36,195 bases of DNA from a virus (taxonomy: Duplodnaviria; Heunggongvirae; Uroviricota; Caudoviricetes), in the IMG/VR virus record IMGVR_UViG_3300029686_000222, positions 1 to 36,195 of that record. One strand, given 5' to 3'. The translations under genes and the position numbers were made by a program. The notes under the pieces were generated by a model. That model was not told the origin of the DNA. It saw only the letters and a list, made by a program, of their open reading frames with translations, and made no database searches. Below, in pieces: positions 1 to 8,393 of this stretch (the first letter of the stretch is position 1; every line of letters begins with the position of its first letter).

Positions 1-1206
1 ATGTTTGATCCCCAAAAGGTAAATGAAAATAAAGAGGCATTTTTTCTGTATGTGAATGCCAGTGGTGAACTTTCTGCACAAAGTGTTATCAGGGTTGTAG
101 AGAGAGAAGGATTTGTTCAAGGGTATTCTTTGAGTCGTCGTGGTTTTAGGACTTTTCGTAAAGATAGAATCTTGCGAATGTTTGATTCAGAAGCTGCCCT
201 TAATGAGGCTTTTAATGCATGGAATGATGAACCGCCTCTGACTTCCAGTGATTATATTCCTCCCAAGCAATCCACGTCGAAAAACAAATTCTCTATTTGC
301 TTTACTGGGTTTAAACAATCAGATAGGGCGCGGTTAACAGAAATAGCCGTTAATAATAATTTTGATGTGAAAATGGATGTTTCAAAATCGTTATTCATTC
401 TTTGTGTTGGCGATAATAAGGGATGGAGAAAGGTTCAAAAGGCTAACGATTACGGTGCACTTATTCTGAGCGAAGGACAATTCCTGAGTTTTATAGATAC
501 TGGAGAAATACCTTATAAATCTGAAGATATTGGTGATGCTTATCAACAAAATATAGAAAAGGATGTTGAAGCTTGGCAACGTATGGTTGAAGAGTTTTCT
601 TTAACTGTTCGTACGGTGCGGGAACCAAGGCGAAGCACTGCGCTTATAGCAAATTTTTCTGATGGTTTTGCTGTTGGTTGGCGTTTCGCTGTGAAGGAGG
701 TCTTTAAAGAGGCGCTTGATATAAGGCTGACAAAGGTTACTTATGGTGATTACATTTATGAGGTTTGGACGCAAGGTTCCTCTTACCAGTTTCACCAAGG
801 AGATGTATTTTATAGTGACCGTAGTGGTTATGGTTCTTACTCTGAATTTCTACAAAGAGATGATGCAGTTGTCTTACAGGTAAAATATGAATGTTTTTCT
901 GGTTACGATACTGTTTCCTTGTTTGATGGTTCCTTTAGCGGTGAGCTTTCAGTTAATGGGCGCATAGAACCTCGCATTGTTGAGCGTCTTCCTGTTTTAG
1001 TTGAAAGTCAAACCTATGACCCCGGAAAAATTATTGTGGATGTTTTTATCCCCAATGAAAAAAGAAATAAATTAAAATTGTTTGGTGAGTTGTCGATGAA
1101 CCAAGATGATTTTATTTATCTTTTGCAATCCGGATGTTATTGGCAAAAGAAAAAAGGGGAGCGTCCAGAATTGATAAATATTTTCGATGCTATAAAGAAT
1201 ATGTGA
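1..1206 (+). CDS. WYL-domain + BRCT-domain protein with an uncharacterised ~200-aa C-terminal domain (401 aa); possibly N-terminally truncated by the window edge
   Basis: ORF starts at base 1. N-terminus has a WYL-like signature (GFVQGYSLSRRGFRTFRKDRI, resembling the WYL...R-x-FRldRI core). Residues ~95-165 (FSICFTGFKQSDRARLTEIAVNNNFDVKMDVSKSLFILCVGDNKGWRKVQKANDYGALILSEGQF) match the BRCT fold pattern seen in LigA-type BRCT domains. Markedly AT-rich compared with the prophage. Followed by an intrinsic terminator. Confidence 0.6.
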   Translation: MFDPQKVNENKEAFFLYVNASGELSAQSVIRVVEREGFVQGYSLSRRGFRTFRKDRILRMFDSEAALNEAFNAWNDEPPLTSSDYIPPKQSTSKNKFSICFTGFKQSDRARLTEIAVNNNFDVKMDVSKSLFILCVGDNKGWRKVQKANDYGALILSEGQFLSFIDTGEIPYKSEDIGDAYQQNIEKDVEAWQRMVEEFSLTVRTVREPRRSTALIANFSDGFAVGWRFAVKEVFKEALDIRLTKVTYGDYIYEVWTQGSSYQFHQGDVFYSDRSGYGSYSEFLQRDDAVVLQVKYECFSGYDTVSLFDGSFSGELSVNGRIEPRIVERLPVLVESQTYDPGKIIVDVFIPNEKRNKLKLFGELSMNQDDFIYLLQSGCYWQKKKGERPELINIFDAIKNM

Positions 1207-1239
1207 ATTACATCATTGTGAGTGGTCCCAAAAAGAAAA

Positions 1240-1271
1240 CTCGCAGTTTTTACGCTGCGAGTTTCTGCTTT
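1240..1271 (+). terminator. Rho-independent terminator downstream of the WYL-BRCT gene
   Basis: Perfect 7-bp stem CTCGCAG / CTGCGAG with 8-nt loop, followed by TTTCTGCTTT. Confidence 0.6.
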
Positions 1272-1316
1272 GGGATGTGTATAGGGTGCCTTATCAGTCT
1301 TGCCCTGACAACCGAT

Positions 1317-1338
1317 TGACGGGGGATTGCTCCCCCGT
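1317..1338 (-). other. Stem-loop immediately 3' of the hok-like ORF (candidate hok mRNA 3'-terminal hairpin)
   Basis: GACGGGGG-attgct-CCCCCGTC, 8-bp GC-rich perfect stem, 12 nt downstream of the hok-like stop on the minus strand. Confidence 0.3.
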
Positions 1339-1349
1339 CGCGGTTTCCT

Positions 1350-1490
1350 TACTGCTTACACTGTAAGAACGCCGCAAACTCCGCTCCCCAGAAACTCATC
1401 CGTATCTCACACAGCGAACCGTGCAGCATCCAGATGATGAGGATTGCCGTTACGCAGAACGTAATGGCCGTAAGCGATTTTTGCGACATA
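1350..1490 (-). CDS. Hok/Gef-family type I toxin (46 aa): MSQKSLTAITFCVTAILIIWMLHGSLCEIRMSFWGAEFAAFLQCKQ
   Basis: Hand-translated from the minus strand; not in the ORF track because it is shorter than 60 aa. Single N-terminal TM helix, conserved SLCEIR and AAFLxCK motifs shared with HokA/HokB/Gef. AAGGAG Shine-Dalgarno 9 nt upstream of the ATG. Confidence 0.8.
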
Positions 1491-1699
1491 GCGCTTGCTC
1501 CTTTTTCAGGGAGGCGCTAACCTATCACTTGTCTAGGGTAGATGGTTAGGGCCTCGGTTAAACAAAAATGTTTTCCGGGGCCTTTCCACATCCGGCCTTC
1601 AGGTATTCCCTCCAGCCATCAGCCGAAAGGCACCCGCGCGAATTCTAGCCTGGTTTTTTCCCTTGTTTCAATCCGTTGAGGCCTGTCAGCCTTTTGATA

Positions 1700-1777
1700 T
1701 AAAATTCCCGACCGCAGACATTATTCAGTCACGCATTTGATACATGCTTCCGCCGGCGTTCGCGCCGGTTTTTTTTG
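1700..1777 (+). ncRNA. Candidate Sok-like antisense RNA, opposite the hok mRNA leader; 5' end undefined
   Basis: Inferred from hok/sok architecture: a plus-strand intrinsic terminator at 1751-1777 sits upstream (in minus-strand sense) of the hok ORF, where the antisense RNA normally lies. Promoter not confidently identified. Confidence 0.3.
1751..1777 (+). terminator. Rho-independent terminator (plus strand), likely 3' end of the antisense RNA of the hok-like locus
   Basis: CCGGCG-ttcg-CGCCGG stem-loop followed by an 8-T run. Confidence 0.55.
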
Positions 1778-2007
1778 TCCTGTTGCTGCGTAGATCGTCA
1801 TGTGCGATCGATGCGCTGTATTGATCCTTTTTTCAGTTTAATTTTGACTCTTAATTTTACGCAGGCCGCGCCGCGTCTGGCTTCGTTGTTTGACGATTTT
1901 TTGATGCGATCCTTTCGTGATCGTGTCTCATCTCACGTAAAGCATGAAAACTCTTTTAATATCATACAGTTTTATTGCTCCTGCCATTTATGGGATCGTA
2001 AAAACCT

Positions 2008-2200
2008 CTCTGAAAACTGAAAAAAATTTCAAAGCGTGAAATTTCAGATCTTCGCTTTTCCCTCAGTTGCTGCGCGGGCTGGCGGTCATTTTTGCACGGC
2101 AGAAAACTGAAAAAGTGTTTCGACACGAAACCCGCGGGTTGGAGGGGGTAGCGCGGTTTACGTCACCTCACGCTTTACGTCACTCCGTTTACGCGGTGTG
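2008..2200. repeat. Cluster of short direct and inverted repeats in the non-coding gap between the hok-like locus and the prophage tail operon
   Basis: Two copies of GAAAACTGAAAAA, each followed by a small inverted repeat (AAATTTCA..TGAAATTT; GTTTCG..CGAAAC); then three direct copies of TTTACG(T/C) within GCGGTTTACGTCACCTCACGCTTTACGTCACTCCGTTTACGCGG. Confidence 0.3.
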
Positions 2201-2250
2201 TGCATACAGCGCCAGAATGGCACGCAGAACGCATTAATCAGGTGGTGGAT

Positions 2251-2279
2251 AGGAAAACGCACGGCCGGGACCGTGCGTT
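2251..2279 (-). terminator. Candidate terminator of the tail operon (minus strand)
   Basis: ACGCACGG-ccggga-CCGTGCGT hairpin about 40 bp beyond the spike-gene stop, followed on the minus strand by TTTCCT. Confidence 0.4.
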
Positions 2280-2317
2280 GCGTGATGGGGCGTTTATGTG
2301 GCTTTTATGTCTGGTGT

Positions 2318-4015
2318 TCAGGCGATAATGTCGCCGTATTTTTCGCGCAGACTCGTCGCCTGCAGGGCATCTGCGGCAAGTTCGCCGCTGTTCATTGGCG
2401 TGCCTGTGTTGCTATGGGTGTGGTTTGCTGTATGTGTGGCCAGCAATTGAATCAGATCCAGAATATCGATCAGCAACGTCAGCAGGTTAAGCCCGGACTT
2501 TTCCCGCGAGCCGCCGCGACCAATAAATACTGTCGGGGAGGTAAACTCCAGACCGCCGTCCGCCCTGCATGTTCTGCGGCCTCCCACGTTTTCGGTGAGG
2601 TCATGCTCAATGGTGGATATCGCCCCTTTGAGTTGAGTCAGCAAATCCTGCGCTACCATCTGGATATGCTCACCGGCTGCGATCGCATAATTGCCGGTAG
2701 TAAGGTGTTCTGTCTGGCCTGTCATCAGCTTACTGGTGCCAAGAACACTGGTTATGTCGTTTGCCTGGACTGTTGTTGTTCTGGTTGTTGTTGTGCGTTC
2801 TTCCTGATCGCTGTTAATGGTTCGCCTGGCTGAATGCTCCCTGATTTGCTGGTCAGTTTCTCTGTGCCAGCTTCCGTCAGTCGTGACGCGCTGAAACACT
2901 TCTGCGCGCTGTTGCTGCAGTTGTTCGCCGGGCTTTACATCAGGCAGGTTATGGCCCGCGGGTAAGATTTGCCTGATGACAGGTTTATCCGGTCGCCCTT
3001 CAATGTTGGATATTTCCACGATGGTGCCTGCCGGCGGGTAGGCAAAACATCCCGCCTCGCTACCTGCCATCGGGACGGGGAGTGGTACTGCCGGATAAAC
3101 AGGCGTATCGCTTTTATCGTTGCCGTTCTCATCAAGCAGTTGCACATCGACGGCGTAGCGTGGGCGGAAGCTGTCGGCAATATCGCCTAGGGTGACGGAT
3201 TCCGTTGGGGCAATGACGCGCGCCAGCCGGGTATGCAGAGTGCCGCTGGCCAGTTCCGGGAACTGTGTTTCCATCTGTCTGCGTAATGGTGATTTGGAAA
3301 CAGGGCTACCCGTGGCGGTAAGGCGTTCCCATGTCAGGGTCATTTTCTCGTTGTTGAGGGCTACACGGGTAATGCGCCCGGCCGGAAGGTTCACGCCCGG
3401 CCGCACAGTTTCCATAAACATGATGTCGATGCTGTTTCCGCCGCTTTGCCCGAGTGTGTACTGTTGCGGAATATCCGGCATGGTAATACTGGCAAACCGT
3501 GAATCCGGTGCGCTTCCCACAAATACGGAACCGTCCGGCATTGGATGCCAGACGTAATCGCTGATACTGAATGCTCGCCCCAGCTGGCTGAGCAGTTGTG
3601 CTCCGCTGCCGCTGTGGGTGATGTAAGGTGTCGGTGTGCTGACGTAATCCGCATCTGGCGTGATGAAAACGATGCCGCTTTGTTTACCCAGATTATCGAG
3701 TACATCCCGTAACGTTGGATGTTGCATGGAGCAGGGGAAATCAAAATCCAGCACGGCAGCTGCTTCACGGATAAAAAGGCGGCGTGAGCCATTTTCGGCG
3801 GGTTGATCGCGCTCAATGTAGCCGGAGAAATAGCGCCATGCCTCACCATTACGGCCGAGATCAATTTGTATCATTGCGCCGGCAAGGCTTTTTTCCGGTG
3901 ACAGATTATTAACAGAAATGAAGCCGCGACCGGCAGCATTCAGGGTAAGGACAAGGCTGATATCGGCAATTTCCGCCAGCTCGCCATTAATCATGCAACG
4001 TTGGATTAATTTCAT
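2318..4015 (-). CDS. Large central tail spike / hub-spike protein (gpV/VgrG-like), 565 aa
   Basis: Last gene of the tail operon, ATGA-coupled to the upstream gene, AGAGGAAGGG RBS. Internal motif PPAGTIVEISNIEGRPDKPVIRQ resembles the gpV/gp5 OB-fold signature; C-terminal HTANHTHSNTGTPMNSGEL resembles the HxH apex of P2 gpV. The ~320-aa N-terminal domain is of unknown type. Confidence 0.6.
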   Translation of the reverse strand: MKLIQRCMINGELAEIADISLVLTLNAAGRGFISVNNLSPEKSLAGAMIQIDLGRNGEAWRYFSGYIERDQPAENGSRRLFIREAAAVLDFDFPCSMQHPTLRDVLDNLGKQSGIVFITPDADYVSTPTPYITHSGSGAQLLSQLGRAFSISDYVWHPMPDGSVFVGSAPDSRFASITMPDIPQQYTLGQSGGNSIDIMFMETVRPGVNLPAGRITRVALNNEKMTLTWERLTATGSPVSKSPLRRQMETQFPELASGTLHTRLARVIAPTESVTLGDIADSFRPRYAVDVQLLDENGNDKSDTPVYPAVPLPVPMAGSEAGCFAYPPAGTIVEISNIEGRPDKPVIRQILPAGHNLPDVKPGEQLQQQRAEVFQRVTTDGSWHRETDQQIREHSARRTINSDQEERTTTTRTTTVQANDITSVLGTSKLMTGQTEHLTTGNYAIAAGEHIQMVAQDLLTQLKGAISTIEHDLTENVGGRRTCRADGGLEFTSPTVFIGRGGSREKSGLNLLTLLIDILDLIQLLATHTANHTHSNTGTPMNSGELAADALQATSLREKYGDIIA

Positions 4016-4587
4016 GTTTTCCCTTCCTCTTTCACGCTCCCGATGCCAATCCAGTCCAGCCCGGAGCCAATACCATCATTGATGTTTTTCCAGAAAGTCT
4101 CCTGGGTATTCATTCCTTTATCCGGTGCCTGCTCACTGCCGTTCTGTGTCTGCTGCTTTGCGATTGTTTTCTGTGAGCCACTGCGTGCCGATGCTTTTTC
4201 CGGCACGCTTAATTTTTCCCTGAGAGTAAAGGTGACCTGCCAGTGCATCTTGCCCTGTTGTTCCGTTGCATCAATACCGCCCGAAAAAACACCCTGTCGC
4301 ATATTAATCGCCTTAGCAGTAGCGTTGGCGATGCGGTATGTTTTTTTAGCCCCGTTGCTTTCTGTGGCTTCTGCAAGCTGAAATATACGGGTCAGAACAG
4401 CTTCATCATTAAAATCAATGACGCCTGATACACGCAGCTCTTTAGCCTTGCTTCCCTGCTGGGCACTGGTGGTGCTGGTTGACTGTCCGGACATATCTTT
4501 ATCCGGTAGTTGCATGGTGGCGCTGACGATGATGTTGCGTAACAGAATGGCTTCCCCGTCAAGTGCAAGAACGATCATCTGGGTCAT
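4012..4587 (-). CDS. Hypothetical tail-operon protein (191 aa), function unknown
   Basis: ORF overlapping both neighbours in the tail operon; no motif recognised. Start could be the ATG at 4587 or at 4578. Confidence 0.5.
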   Translation of the reverse strand: MTQMIVLALDGEAILLRNIIVSATMQLPDKDMSGQSTSTTSAQQGSKAKELRVSGVIDFNDEAVLTRIFQLAEATESNGAKKTYRIANATAKAINMRQGVFSGGIDATEQQGKMHWQVTFTLREKLSVPEKASARSGSQKTIAKQQTQNGSEQAPDKGMNTQETFWKNINDGIGSGLDWIGIGSVKEEGKT

Positions 4588-5281
4588 GTAGTGATTCTCT
4601 TAGTGATGAAAGATCATTACCGACAAACAGCATCACAGCTGTAAAAACCCATTCCGGATGTGGAATATTTTTTTTTATCAGTGCTGCAACCTGATTTAGC
4701 GTGCCCGTATAAAAAAAACGCCACACCGGACATGTGTTTTTCTGAATTGCGGCCTGCTGGTCGGTGATTTCCTGTAGTGCCTTATCTCTCGCGATTCTGA
4801 ATTGATTCAGAGACGAGGATAATGTTTCCGGAGATACAGCGGTCGGGATCGCAGCCTGCGCAATAGTCGCTGCCCGCGTCATGCTGCGGGTGGTTTGTGT
4901 GGACAGCGTGACTTCTGCAGGAAGTGTGGTTGCCGGTTTTGCAGGGAGCTGCATTTTACTCACGGCCAGCGAAAGCTGGCTGGAGATCATGCGGGACATT
5001 CTTCCCACTTCCGGCAATGGAAGTGCACCTGAAAACTGTCTGGCCAGTGATAAAAACTCGCCAGCAGACGGGGCGCAAAATAACAGCGCCACAACATCTT
5101 TTTCAGTGCTTTCTGTCAGATAAGGTAAAAGCGCGGATACAGCATTATCCGGGCTGAGGTAACGCCCTGATGGTGTAATGTTTCCCGTATTTTCTGACCA
5201 TGGATGGAGACAAACCATTGAACAGGTGATGGCCATGGGGGCCGGGCGCAGAATGGCGTGCTCCCATACAGAATATTTCAT
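4559..5281 (-). CDS. Hypothetical tail-operon protein (~240 aa), directly downstream of the second tail-fiber gene
   Basis: ORF 4559-5302 in the track; the first ATG with an AGGA RBS is at 5281 (the 5302 codon is TTG). No recognised motif. Confidence 0.5.
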   Translation of the reverse strand: MKYSVWEHAILRPAPMAITCSMVCLHPWSENTGNITPSGRYLSPDNAVSALLPYLTESTEKDVVALLFCAPSAGEFLSLARQFSGALPLPEVGRMSRMISSQLSLAVSKMQLPAKPATTLPAEVTLSTQTTRSMTRAATIAQAAIPTAVSPETLSSSLNQFRIARDKALQEITDQQAAIQKNTCPVWRFFYTGTLNQVAALIKKNIPHPEWVFTAVMLFVGNDLSSLRESLHDPDDRSCT

Positions 5282-5305
5282 CTCATTTTCCTGTACGTTC
5301 AAATG

Positions 5306-7834
5306 TTACCCCATTCCGTTCTGACGCAACGTTGTCCCTGCAAGTGTTTTTATAACCACAACACAGGGGAGCAGCCCATTATCTGCGCCGGCAACTTCTT
5401 CCAGTGTTGACATATCCAGTGCATAGTGAGGTTTATCAGGCATCACCACCTGTATTCCGATAGTGATTGTTCCCGCATTTGCAGAGACAGAGCTGACAAA
5501 ATACTGCGCTGAAATGTACTGTCGGTTCTGGTTCTGATAGAGATAACGCGGCTCAATCTGCGCTGAAACAGCGATTCCGATATCGCCAACCGAGGATTGC
5601 CCGATGGGGTTTGATACATCCAGCTTCAGGGGATAAACACGCGAACCATCGGGCAGGCTTTTAAATGAATCCAGACTGGAGTTCAGGGTGCTTACGAGCA
5701 TTTTTGGGATGATCGGGTGAGCGCCATCAACAAACAGAGATTCTGATTGTTTTTTTAATAAATTTGTAGCAGCAGAAGAAACTGCAGGTACAAAGTTTCT
5801 GTACCATGTTTGCGTGGTTGCATTGTACGTAAATGTAACGCTTTTCCCTGCAAATAACGCTTCCGGAGCATCTGAAACCTGTGCATCCTGTGTAAGAAAT
5901 GATGTTCGCGTCACGTCCCTCTTCGCCGTGACTGACAGGTGACAACCATCAACCAGCCCTGGTGCTATCCTGAACTGGAGATATGAAAGTGCAGAGTCAT
6001 TATCAATAAACAATACGGTGTCATTGGTGAGTTTATCCACAACCACCTGGGCGTTATTGACGGGGGTAATGTGTCTGATCTCTCTTTCCGGAAAGACAAT
6101 ATCTTCACCTCCAACAACGGAGCGACCATTAATTCGCATAAAGTCGCGTGTACTCATGCAGGGGACTGCACCCCACGCTGAAACAGACATTGCTGATGCA
6201 ATATCTGAAATTGTTACGGCGGCCGTTTTTCGGATCTGCAGACGACGAAGGGCTGTTGTTGCGGCAGTCTGTGAGGCCGTAACTTTTGCCACGAATGCAA
6301 AAAAGTCGCTCATGGCGAAAGTATCAATGCCTGCGTAATCCGATGTAAATAAATCAGGATAATCTTTCTGGATGGCATCCAGAACGGATAGTCCATATTG
6401 TACCTGTTCAGCAGGTGTATCCAGCACACCAAAACGCCACGGAGCAACAGAGAAACGGTCTTTTTGCACAAAACGAGCATCGCCCGGGGTATCGGGGTAA
6501 TCAGCTTCATTGTAATACGTCTTGAATCTGTTCTGGCCCGGAACAAATAATGCCAGCAACCCTGTTTTAATTGTTTTCATTGCGTTGGAATATTGCGAGG
6601 CGGCATCAGAGTCATTAACCAGTCCGGCCAGAAAGACCAGGGCCCGTAAACCGGCATACACTTCGGCATTATCCTGACAAAAACATTGCGCGTAATGAGT
6701 ATTACCGGGAGCAACGTTTCCCTGAAAGACGTTTACCAGATTTGCACCAGTATTTAGCTGACGCAAAATATTATTTTCCGCTACCAGTCTGATAATTTCC
6801 CATCTGGAATGATTGCCGAGCCCTGAAGGGGCCTGTAACCACGAAGCGTCTGCGATTTCAGCAATACAGGCAAACCAGAGGGATGGGTAACTGTCTGTAG
6901 AATCAGGGGCAACCGGTGAATATAAATCAGCGGCCACATCGGTAAAGAACCATGACCATGATGACGGGATCTCTTTGCTGGTCTTCCCGAGACATTCAAG
7001 AACAGCAGAGCCTGTATAAATAAACTCACCTTGTGAGATGCTACTGATATCAGGTGTGGTTTCTCCGGAAATGCCGGCGATATTTACAAAAAAGAGCGTG
7101 CTGTTAATCATCACGCGCTGTCCGGCTTCATAACGGAAATTCGTCATGAATGGCGCTGTTATACCGAGACGAAAGGCTTTTTCACAAATAACGATTCTGT
7201 CCCTGAGAGAAAAGGCCTTGCCTTCGCTTTCATACATTGCAAGAAACAAAAAATACCAGTTAATACCCCCGGTTGAATTAAGATAACGCCAGAGCCCTGA
7301 ATAACGCCCGTGGGTTATTTGCATGGACAAAAACTGCTTATTAGCTTCGGTGACCGCATAACGGGTTGATACTGCTATGTGATCGCTGATAAAGCCCTGA
7401 ATTGTTTTCATCTCCTGCGAGATGTCTGTTTGCCAGCTTTCAGGAGGAACAGTAATGTGTGCAGCCTGAGCCAGGCCGCTGTAAATGACAGCAAAATTGC
7501 GGATGAGTGTTTCGCCGGCCAGTTTGTGGCGAACCGGGGTTTTAATTACACCGCACAGTGTGTTGCTGGGTTGATGGACCAGGCAAATCCAGTCATAAGT
7601 GAATGTCTCGTTATCAGCAACAACGGCACTACAGACAATGCTGTTTGGATCCAGTTTTCCATAGTGCAGATTATTTACCGTGTGTGTGATTTTTTCTGGA
7701 GGGACAACTTCATCATCTCTGGATGGTTCCCTTTCCATCAGTGCAAAAACAATGGAGTCAGGTCGCGCCGGTAAATTACTGGCGGCGCATTCAGCAACCC
7801 ATTTCTCAAATGCTTTCGTCAACAGCGCGCTCAT
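5306..7834 (-). CDS. Second tail fiber / tailspike protein (842 aa), N-terminal anchor domain paralogous to the upstream fiber
   Basis: N-terminal ~150 aa align with the 567-aa fiber (shared motifs PARPD, LIRNFA/LIRTFA, W-Q spacing); large divergent C-terminal region. TAATG overlap with the assembly gene. Confidence 0.7.
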   Translation of the reverse strand: MSALLTKAFEKWVAECAASNLPARPDSIVFALMEREPSRDDEVVPPEKITHTVNNLHYGKLDPNSIVCSAVVADNETFTYDWICLVHQPSNTLCGVIKTPVRHKLAGETLIRNFAVIYSGLAQAAHITVPPESWQTDISQEMKTIQGFISDHIAVSTRYAVTEANKQFLSMQITHGRYSGLWRYLNSTGGINWYFLFLAMYESEGKAFSLRDRIVICEKAFRLGITAPFMTNFRYEAGQRVMINSTLFFVNIAGISGETTPDISSISQGEFIYTGSAVLECLGKTSKEIPSSWSWFFTDVAADLYSPVAPDSTDSYPSLWFACIAEIADASWLQAPSGLGNHSRWEIIRLVAENNILRQLNTGANLVNVFQGNVAPGNTHYAQCFCQDNAEVYAGLRALVFLAGLVNDSDAASQYSNAMKTIKTGLLALFVPGQNRFKTYYNEADYPDTPGDARFVQKDRFSVAPWRFGVLDTPAEQVQYGLSVLDAIQKDYPDLFTSDYAGIDTFAMSDFFAFVAKVTASQTAATTALRRLQIRKTAAVTISDIASAMSVSAWGAVPCMSTRDFMRINGRSVVGGEDIVFPEREIRHITPVNNAQVVVDKLTNDTVLFIDNDSALSYLQFRIAPGLVDGCHLSVTAKRDVTRTSFLTQDAQVSDAPEALFAGKSVTFTYNATTQTWYRNFVPAVSSAATNLLKKQSESLFVDGAHPIIPKMLVSTLNSSLDSFKSLPDGSRVYPLKLDVSNPIGQSSVGDIGIAVSAQIEPRYLYQNQNRQYISAQYFVSSVSANAGTITIGIQVVMPDKPHYALDMSTLEEVAGADNGLLPCVVVIKTLAGTTLRQNGMG

Positions 7835-8391
7835 TATTTTTTATTCCCGTTAATATCCTGCAGTAATTCCGGCCATGCAATTGTGGCATACGATGATTTA
7901 TCGGTAATCTGGCTGAAATCCATCGCCTGCAGCGATTTCGCGTAAATGCGCCAGGCTTTTAGGTTTTCCCGGTCTCCGTCACTGATTAACCCCAGCAGCA
8001 GGTCTTTTTCCCACTCACTGGACATAATGCTGGCCTGTTTTAGCAGAACATCACGCTCGTCTTCTGCTTTTAATTTGTAGTCGAAGACAAATTCATCATT
8101 GCGGTAAAACCAGTAACCCGGCGCAGTGATGCGGCGGTTAGCGGTAATATCAGGAACTTCAATAACGCTGGCATTGCGAGGCTCAATACCTGTCACATCC
8201 TTACCGACCCACACCACGCGCCCATCCCCGGTGTAAACTATTTTTATTGTGTCACTGGCGAAATTCTTCAGTTCTTCATACCAGTTTTTACCGTCTTCCG
8301 AAAAAAGCCAGGTGACGGCATATTGTTTTGTCATCTGATATTGTTCAGCTGTTTTCGGATCTCCCGGAGTAATGTTTTTTAAATGAAGCAT
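7834..8391 (-). CDS. Tail fiber assembly protein (P2 gpG / Mu U-like), 185 aa
   Basis: Size and position immediately after a gpH-like fiber gene; typical tail-fiber-assembly family features. Confidence 0.65.
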   Translation of the reverse strand: MLHLKNITPGDPKTAEQYQMTKQYAVTWLFSEDGKNWYEELKNFASDTIKIVYTGDGRVVWVGKDVTGIEPRNASVIEVPDITANRRITAPGYWFYRNDEFVFDYKLKAEDERDVLLKQASIMSSEWEKDLLLGLISDGDRENLKAWRIYAKSLQAMDFSQITDKSSYATIAWPELLQDINGNKK

Positions 8392-8393
8392 TG

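Noticed and set aside
1320-1780. Possible tmRNA, tRNA or other structured RNA gene in the ~450-bp gap bounded by terminators
   Set aside because: No tRNA-like T-arm or acceptor features and no match to remembered tmRNA or RNase P sequences; the region is instead explained by the hok-like ORF with its flanking hairpins and antisense terminator.
2198-2833. 211-aa plus-strand ORF
   Set aside because: Antisense to the 3' end of the spike-like gene and running into the non-coding flank; Cys/Gly-rich composition without a recognisable fold signature.
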